NCBI GenBank assembly: GCA_944336335.1
Contig: CALVLC010000047.1
Coordinates: 775-64,774 of the forward strand
Origin: an uncultured Bacilli bacterium
GTDB taxonomy: Bacteria; Bacillota_I; Bacilli_A; RFN20; CAG-826
DNA length: 64,000 nucleotides
Direction of reading: 5' to 3'
Part shown: positions 57,958 to 64,000 of the stretch, in pieces
Layout of the letters: the number at the start of each line of letters is the position of its first letter
Numbering within the stretch: position 1 is the stretch's first letter
Program-made: the position numbers and the translations under genes
The notes under the pieces: model-generated
What the model was told of the DNA's origin: nothing
What the model saw: the letters and a program-made list of their open reading frames with translations, nothing else
Databases searched by the model: none

Positions 57958-59784
57958 ATGGAAAACACATTTCAACTTGATTCCATGAAATTAAAAGCAA
58001 AAAAGGCGATGAATCGCGGTTTAACTTTTTTTGGTATGCCTGCAAATTCCATTTTAATTATTTTTGGAGTTTTGCTTTTGATTTTAACCTTTATTCCATT
58101 TATTTATGTTATTGTAGATTCTTTTACAGTACACATAATGGAATCGACTGCACTAGGACTTCCAAATGGTAGTTTTACAACAGCCCATTGGCAAGATGTT
58201 TTTGCGGGAAGAAATAGTGTAGCTTATTTCTGGCGACCATTAGGCAATTCTTTATTAGTTTCTGTATTAGCCTGTGCGTTTGCAATTTTGTTTGGTGGAA
58301 TCGTAGCGTATTTGGTCACTAGAACAAATATGCCATTTAAAAAATTCGTTTCTAGTGTTTTTATTTTCCCTTATATTATGCCTCAATGGACTTTGGCATT
58401 ATTTTGGAAAAACTTTTTTATTTCAACAAATTGTACTGGTGGATATGTTGGTGAACTTCAAGCTATGACGGGATTTGCTTCTCCTGAATGGTTAGTTTTT
58501 GGAACATTCCCAATTGCTCTTGTTTTAGGCCTTCACTACGCGCCATTTGCTTATATTTTAATGGGTGGCATCTTAAGAAATATGGACGCTAACCTTGAAG
58601 AAGCCGCAACAATTTTAAATATTCCACGTCGTAAAATATTTACTCATATTACAATTCCAATTTTAAAACCTGCAATTTTAAGTACGGTTTTGCTTGTTTT
58701 TTCAAGCGCAATGAGCTCTTATCCTGTTGCAACGACTTTAGGTAAGCCAATTAACTATCAAGTTTTAGCAACTCAACTTAATGTCATGTTACAAGGTGGA
58801 CGATATTCTGGTGAAGCTGGAATGGGAGCTATTATTTCTCTTGTTTTAATTGCGATTGGTGTTGTTATTCTTTTATTAAATAATGCAACTACTGGAAGTC
58901 GTAAACAATATACAACGGTTAGTGGAAAGAGCGGTCAAGTCAGCAAGAATAATCTTGGAAAAGTTGGAAAATGGGTCGTAGCAGTTATTTTATCAATTAT
59001 CGTTTTATTCTTCTGCATTGGTCCAATGGTTTCGTTTATTTTTGAATCCTTGTTACCAAATTCGGGTGATTACTCAATTGGTTTTACAACTAAATGGTGG
59101 ACTTCTCAAGAAGTATTAAGAAATGGATATAAAGGTGTATTCTACTCTCCAGAAATTTGGTCTGCACTTGGTGGATCAATTGCTATGTCTCTTGTTTGCT
59201 CACTATTTGCTGGAACATTTGGCTTACTTATTGGTTATGCAGTTAGTAAAAAGAGAAAGAGTAAACTTGCTCAAGGTGTCAATAGTTTAGCTTTCTTACC
59301 TTACTTATTACCTTCAATTTCTCTTTCTGCAATCTTCTTTATGGTTGGTTTAAATATCAAGTGGTTATATGCAACTCCTTTCTTACTTTGTGCAATTGTT
59401 GGTGTTGTTAAATATATACCATTTGCAAGTAGAAGTAGTTTAAACGCAATGCTTCAACTTAGTAATGAAATTGAAGAAGCAGCGATGATTCAAAACATTC
59501 CATGGTGGAAGAGAATGGTTCGAATTGTCTTCCCAATTCAAAAATCAAGTTTCTTAAGTGGCTATTTATTACCATTTATTAGTTGTATGAGAGAACTTTC
59601 ACTATTTGTTCTTATAGCTCCAACTGGAATGCTTCTTACAACACTTATGTTCCAACTTGAAGAGACTGGTTTACCAGCACTTGAAAATGCAGCTAACTTA
59701 ATTCTTGTTGTTGTTATTTTGATCTTTAACTGGTTAATCAACAAGATTACTGGTGCTAGCTTAGATAAAGGTATAGGAGGTTAA
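57958..59784 (+). CDS. ABC importer permease, fused two-domain type (FbpB/ThiP-like topology)
   Basis: 608 aa with about 12 TM spans and two EAA loops (LEEAATILNIPRRKIFTHITIPILKP and IEEAAMIQNIPWWKRMVRIVFPIQKS). Confidence 0.85.
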   Translation: MENTFQLDSMKLKAKKAMNRGLTFFGMPANSILIIFGVLLLILTFIPFIYVIVDSFTVHIMESTALGLPNGSFTTAHWQDVFAGRNSVAYFWRPLGNSLLVSVLACAFAILFGGIVAYLVTRTNMPFKKFVSSVFIFPYIMPQWTLALFWKNFFISTNCTGGYVGELQAMTGFASPEWLVFGTFPIALVLGLHYAPFAYILMGGILRNMDANLEEAATILNIPRRKIFTHITIPILKPAILSTVLLVFSSAMSSYPVATTLGKPINYQVLATQLNVMLQGGRYSGEAGMGAIISLVLIAIGVVILLLNNATTGSRKQYTTVSGKSGQVSKNNLGKVGKWVVAVILSIIVLFFCIGPMVSFIFESLLPNSGDYSIGFTTKWWTSQEVLRNGYKGVFYSPEIWSALGGSIAMSLVCSLFAGTFGLLIGYAVSKKRKSKLAQGVNSLAFLPYLLPSISLSAIFFMVGLNIKWLYATPFLLCAIVGVVKYIPFASRSSLNAMLQLSNEIEEAAMIQNIPWWKRMVRIVFPIQKSSFLSGYLLPFISCMRELSLFVLIAPTGMLLTTLMFQLEETGLPALENAANLILVVVILIFNWLINKITGASLDKGIGG

Positions 59785-59788
59785 TTAA

Positions 59789-61792
59789 ATGCCTACAATA
59801 GATTTAGTAAATGTTACAAAAAGATGGGGAGATTTCTATGCTGTAGATAATTTAAATCTCCATATTGATGATTATTCTTTTATTACACTTCTTGGTCCTT
59901 CTGGATGTGGTAAAACAACTACATTAAGAATGATTGCTGGTCTTGAAACTCCAACAAGTGGGAAAATTTATATCAATGGTGTGCCCGTTTTTGATAGCGA
60001 ACTTGGAATTAATATTCCAGCTAGCAAAAGACATGTTGGTTTCTTGTTCCAAAACTATGCTCTTTGGCCACATATGACCGTACAAAAAAATATTGAATTT
60101 GGTCTTCAAAATTTAAAAGAGTATATGCCTGTAATTGATAGTGATTATACTCAATATAAAAATGATTTAATCTTATTTAATAACGCTTCTAAAGTTGTTG
60201 AAATTATTAAAGAAAATATCGATAAAAAAGGCAAAGTTGATAAAAGAAGAGCTTTAATTGCAATTATTGATAATTTCAAGGTTTCAATGTTTTCTGCAAA
60301 GAAAATCTTTGACTTAAATCTTGAAGAAAAAACTCCAGAAGAAGTTAAAACAATTTGTGAAAACAAGATTAAAGAAACTAATGAAAAAATTGATAATATT
60401 GTTAAAAAATGTGAAGAAAAAGGTATTGACCTTAATTCAGATGGTTACGTTTTAGCTGATTCTGAACTTGCTGAAGATTATATATCAGTTAAATTAATTT
60501 ACGATATTATTAAAGATTATAAGACTCTATTAACTTATCTTGATAAAGCAAAAGAAGAAAATGTAAAACCTGTTAAATATATTATGAGAAAAACAAATGT
60601 CTCATATAAAACAGCAAAAACGTTATTAGATTTTGCAACTTCTATTGTTTCAAAAAATGATCAGGAAAAAGAAGAAGAAGTACAAAGAGAACTTAAATTT
60701 TATAGTAACGAAATTGAAAGAGTTAAAAGTTATTATTTAAATAATGGTTTCCATCTTAATGAAAAAGGTGAAAAAATTCCAACTATTGATTATGAAAATA
60801 AATCTTGGGATGGTAAAAAAGTTCACTTAATTAAATTAAGAGGCTTATCTAAAGAAGAAATTGATCTTAAAGTAAGACATGTTTCCCGTGTTGTTAAAAT
60901 TGGTGAATTCATGGATCGTTATCCTAGTGAATTAAGTGGTGGACAACAACAAAGAGTTGCAATCGCTCGTACCCTTGCTCCAGGACCAAAAGTCTTATTT
61001 ATGGATGAACCACTCTCTAATCTTGATGCTAAGTTACGTCTTGAAATGAGAAGTGAACTTAAACGTTTACATCTTGAAACAGGATCAACTTTCATTTATG
61101 TTACTCATGATCAACTTGAAGCTATGACTCTTGCTACAAAGATTTGTCTTATTAATAATGGCGTTTTACAACAATACGATGCACCTCTTGATGTTTATAA
61201 AAAACCTAAGAATATCTTCGTTGCTGACTTTGTTGGCTCTCCTGCCATTAACTTTGTTGAAAGCTTTGTAGAACAAGGAGCTGATAAACGTATTAAACTT
61301 TCCTTCTTAAATAACTTACATTTTGAATTTAATCCTTTAAGTGATGTTAATCTTGAAGAATTAAGGAAAGAAAGAGACGAAGAATTTAAGAAAGAGGAAG
61401 AAGAAAAAGCTAAACTCAAGGACAATAAGAAATTCGTTGAAAAAGGAAATAAAGACAAAGATTTTGCTTTCGCTATCCAAAAAGTCACTGAAACAATGAG
61501 TTCAGATGAGGAAAAAGAAATCAAAGATAATGAATATATTATTGGCATTAGACCTGAATTTATTCGTTTATCTGATGAAGGAAAAGTGGAAGGTGAAATT
61601 TATAGTGCACTTCCTTCTGGTATGGAAACAATTGTTAAAATTAGAGTTGGTGAATTCTTATTAACAAGTGTTATATTTGGCGGAGTCGATTATAAAGTCG
61701 GAAGTATTTGTCGCTTTGATTTTGTTGGAAAAGAAATTTTACTTTTCGATAGAAAGAGTGGCAAATTAATCGCTCAAGGCGGATTAGAATAA
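59789..61792 (+). CDS. ABC importer ATP-binding protein (MalK/UgpC/PotA class) with large insertions
   Basis: Walker A GPSGCGKTT, Q-loop FQNYALWPHMTV, signature LSGGQQQRVAIARTL (Leu382), Walker B VLFMDEPLSNLD, H-loop YVTHDQ. About 240 extra residues sit between FGL (104-106) and the signature. A second charged insertion lies in the C-terminal regulatory domain. Confidence 0.9.
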   Translation: MPTIDLVNVTKRWGDFYAVDNLNLHIDDYSFITLLGPSGCGKTTTLRMIAGLETPTSGKIYINGVPVFDSELGINIPASKRHVGFLFQNYALWPHMTVQKNIEFGLQNLKEYMPVIDSDYTQYKNDLILFNNASKVVEIIKENIDKKGKVDKRRALIAIIDNFKVSMFSAKKIFDLNLEEKTPEEVKTICENKIKETNEKIDNIVKKCEEKGIDLNSDGYVLADSELAEDYISVKLIYDIIKDYKTLLTYLDKAKEENVKPVKYIMRKTNVSYKTAKTLLDFATSIVSKNDQEKEEEVQRELKFYSNEIERVKSYYLNNGFHLNEKGEKIPTIDYENKSWDGKKVHLIKLRGLSKEEIDLKVRHVSRVVKIGEFMDRYPSELSGGQQQRVAIARTLAPGPKVLFMDEPLSNLDAKLRLEMRSELKRLHLETGSTFIYVTHDQLEAMTLATKICLINNGVLQQYDAPLDVYKKPKNIFVADFVGSPAINFVESFVEQGADKRIKLSFLNNLHFEFNPLSDVNLEELRKERDEEFKKEEEEKAKLKDNKKFVEKGNKDKDFAFAIQKVTETMSSDEEKEIKDNEYIIGIRPEFIRLSDEGKVEGEIYSALPSGMETIVKIRVGEFLLTSVIFGGVDYKVGSICRFDFVGKEILLFDRKSGKLIAQGGLE

Positions 61793-61800
61793 AATTCTTT

Positions 61801-61824
61801 AAGGGGCGTAAAAACGCCCCTTTT
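61801..61824 (+). terminator. Rho-independent terminator of the ABC importer operon
   Basis: AAGGGGCGT-AAAA-ACGCCCCTT followed by TT (the stem's two final T plus these form a T4 run). Confidence 0.75.
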
Positions 61825-61856
61825 ATAGAAATAATTGATTTTTGCGGGGTTTTTAC

Positions 61857-63566
61857 ATGAATATTAATGCTTTAAATAACTTTAATGTTTGGAAAAATAA
61901 ACTTAATGATATCTCTAAAATAGACTATCAAGAACTTTTAAAAATGAATGAAGATAATATCAACGATTCATTTTATAAAGATCTTTCCTTTGGAACTGGT
62001 GGATTAAGAGGAAAGATGGGTTTAGGAACTAATCGTATAAATCAATTTACGATTTATAAAGCAACAAGAGGAGTTGGTTTATATTTAAAAACTAAATTTA
62101 ATAAACCAAGCGTTGTAATTGGCTATGATTCTAGAAATCATTCAAGAGAATATGCTTATATTAGTGCAAACGTTTTTGCTAATTTAGGAATTAAAGTTTT
62201 TATATTTAATGAACTTATACCAACTCCTGTTGTTAGTTTTGCAATTCGTTATTTAAAAGCTAGTGCGGGAGTAATTTTAACGGCAAGCCATAACCCAAAA
62301 GAATACAATGGCTATAAAGTTTATAATGATGGAGGGAATCAAATTACTTTAGAAGAAGCAAATGCAATAACTACTAAAATTAGTGAAATTGACCCTCTTG
62401 ATGAATATTTAAAATTTACATCTTTAAACAAAGAAAGTTCTTTTTTGATAAATGAAATAGGAGAAACTCTTATTGAAGATTTTATTAAATCTAATAAAAA
62501 AACCTCACTTTTAGAGACTTTTTCAGAAAAAAGAATCAAAATTGTCTACACTCCTTTAAACGGAGCAGGTTATAAATTAGTACCACAAGTTTTAAAAGAG
62601 TGTGGTTTTAAAAATTTACTAGTTGTTAAAGAGCAAGCAAGTCCTGATGGAAATTTTCCAACCTGTCCTAAACCAAATCCTGAACTTAAAGAAGCAATGG
62701 AACTTGGTATAAAACTTGCTAAATCTTCTAATAGCGAACTTTTAATTGCAACTGATCCTGATTGTGATAGATGTGGGGTTGGAGTGCGTTATAATGATGA
62801 CTTTATTCTTTTAAATGGAAATGAAGTAGCGATATTAATGCTTAATTATTTAATTAAAGTTAAAGGTAATTTAAGTGATAAAGAAATTGTAAGAAGTATT
62901 GTTTCAACTTCCTTTGTTGATAAATTAGCTAAAGCAAATAATATCAAAGTAAAAGAAGTTTTAACTGGCTTTAAATATATCGGTGAAGAAATGAATCGCC
63001 TAGAAAGAAATGGTAAATTAGATAATTATCTTTTTGGTTTTGAAGAAAGTTATGGATATTTAACTAATAAAGAGGTCCGCGATAAAGATGCAGTTAATGC
63101 TTCTTTGTTTATTGCTGAAATGAGTGAATATTATCGTCTTAATGGACATTCTTTAATTGATGAATTAAAAAATATATATGCTAAGTTTGGTTATAACAAA
63201 ACAATTTTACTTACTGAAGAATTAGATGGAGAAAGTGGCTTAAAACGCATTGATAAGATTGTTCAAAATTTAAGAGAAATGTCTTTTGAAAAACTTTCTG
63301 AATTATTTTCTGAAAATGTTTTGTCTAAAGAAGATTATTTAATATCAAAGTGTTTTTATAAAGAAAGCACAAGCGAGATTTTATTACCTAAAAGTAATGT
63401 TCTTATTTTTAAACTCGAAGATGAGACACGTTTTATGATAAGACCTAGTGGGACTGAACCAAAAATAAAGTGTTACATCGAAGTTAATGATAAAGATGAA
63501 GAAAAATGTAATGAAAAATTAGAAAGATACTCAAAGCTCTTCAAGAAAGTAGTTAATGAATTATGA
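61857..63566 (+). CDS. Phosphoglucomutase/phosphomannomutase (alpha-D-phosphohexomutase, PgcA-like)
   Basis: Active-site loop TASHNPKEYNGYK, Mg loop ATDPDCDR, sugar loop GFEESYGY, phosphate loop RPSGTEPKIK. I prefer the ATG at 61857 over the track TTG at 61842. Confidence 0.9.
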   Translation: MNINALNNFNVWKNKLNDISKIDYQELLKMNEDNINDSFYKDLSFGTGGLRGKMGLGTNRINQFTIYKATRGVGLYLKTKFNKPSVVIGYDSRNHSREYAYISANVFANLGIKVFIFNELIPTPVVSFAIRYLKASAGVILTASHNPKEYNGYKVYNDGGNQITLEEANAITTKISEIDPLDEYLKFTSLNKESSFLINEIGETLIEDFIKSNKKTSLLETFSEKRIKIVYTPLNGAGYKLVPQVLKECGFKNLLVVKEQASPDGNFPTCPKPNPELKEAMELGIKLAKSSNSELLIATDPDCDRCGVGVRYNDDFILLNGNEVAILMLNYLIKVKGNLSDKEIVRSIVSTSFVDKLAKANNIKVKEVLTGFKYIGEEMNRLERNGKLDNYLFGFEESYGYLTNKEVRDKDAVNASLFIAEMSEYYRLNGHSLIDELKNIYAKFGYNKTILLTEELDGESGLKRIDKIVQNLREMSFEKLSELFSENVLSKEDYLISKCFYKESTSEILLPKSNVLIFKLEDETRFMIRPSGTEPKIKCYIEVNDKDEEKCNEKLERYSKLFKKVVNEL

Positions 63567-64000
63567 AAAAGATATATGAATTAATTCCGCCATTAAAAGA
63601 ATATATTTGGGCTGGAGAAAATCTTAAAAAATATAAAAAGACCGAGCTAGGGAAAATATCTGAAAGCCGGGAACTTTCTTTTTTAAAAGGTGATGAGACA
63701 AAGTTAATATATGACAATCAAGAAATAACAATAAGTGAATTTATAGAAAAAGAAGAAATAAAAAAATACATTAATCCAAAACTTAAAAATCTTTTAGTTA
63801 AACTTATTGATTCAAGTCAATCTCTTTCAATTCAAGTTCATCCAAGTGATGAATATGCTTTAAAATATGAAAATTCGCTTGGTAAAACTGAAATGTGGAT
63901 CATTTTAGAAGCTGAAAAGGATTCTTATATTAATCTTGGCTTTAATAAAGATGTTTCAAAAAGCAATTTTCCAGAGCTAATAAAAGATGATTCGATTTTA
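63563..64000 (+). CDS. manA: Mannose-6-phosphate isomerase, class I (3' end beyond the window)
   Basis: ATGA overlap with the upstream gene, and the frame stays open to the window end. The product reads MKKIYELIPPLKEYIWAGENL...LLVKLIDSSQSLSIQVHPSDEYALKYENSLGKTEMWIILEA, which carries the type I PMI zinc-ligand motifs. This ORF is not in the supplied track. Confidence 0.8.
   Translation, partial: MKKIYELIPPLKEYIWAGENLKKYKKTELGKISESRELSFLKGDETKLIYDNQEITISEFIEKEEIKKYINPKLKNLLVKLIDSSQSLSIQVHPSDEYALKYENSLGKTEMWIILEAEKDSYINLGFNKDVSKSNFPELIKDDSIL

Noticed and set aside
1-64000. Mollicutes genetic code 4 (TGA = Trp), suggested by the AT-richness and the many SCG lipoproteins
   Set aside because: All long ORFs are intact under the standard code. 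TGA terminates genes exactly at translationally coupled junctions (ATGA at 11850-11853, 54707-54710 and 63563-66). Trp positions are encoded by TGG.
1-64000. CRISPR arrays, tRNA, rRNA or tmRNA genes
   Set aside because: There are no regularly spaced identical 25-40-bp repeats. I saw no tRNA-like T-arm (GGTTCGAATCC-type) or rRNA-like GC-rich conserved blocks while reading both strands. A tRNAscan/Infernal run would be needed for certainty.

Overview
AT-rich (about 30% G+C by eye) bacterial chromosomal window. It uses genetic code 11: TGA is a real stop at 11851-11853, 54708-54710 and 63564-63566, and long ORFs stay intact without TGA=Trp. At least 10 ORFs carry Mollicutes/Bacillota-style xSCG lipoboxes. 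The source looks like a low-GC Bacillota or code-11 Mycoplasmatota-like lineage (Erysipelotrichia/Acholeplasmatales-like), but this cannot be resolved without a database search. Housekeeping blocks: rpsD / ezrA / cysteine desulfurase / thiI (the Bacillus-type neighbourhood), ferritin, a MATE exporter, a sugar O-acetyltransferase, an NCS2 purine permease, and phosphoglucomutase-manA. Accessory content centres on cell-surface proteolysis. (1) A six-gene, translationally coupled lipoprotein island (5486-18455) holds two tandem M6 (InhA-like) metalloprotease lipoproteins, a repeat-built adhesin-like lipoprotein, a Big_2 lipoprotein and two paralogous unknown lipoproteins. (2) An S8 subtilase ending in a dockerin overlaps a membrane-anchored protein with three cohesin-like modules. 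(3) A 905-aa secreted protein sits next to a lipoprotein serpin, just downstream of an intact IS21-family element. Also present: an ECF sigma/anti-sigma pair, an OmpR/HK two-component system beside an ABC importer whose ATPase carries a ~240-aa insertion, an ABC-2 exporter, and five decayed genes (in-frame TAA codons plus homopolymer frameshifts). A conserved 22-bp element made of TTAGTA hexamers phased at 11 bp recurs in three intergenic regions. I saw no rRNA, tRNA or CRISPR. All functional calls rest on motifs read by eye, with no database search run.
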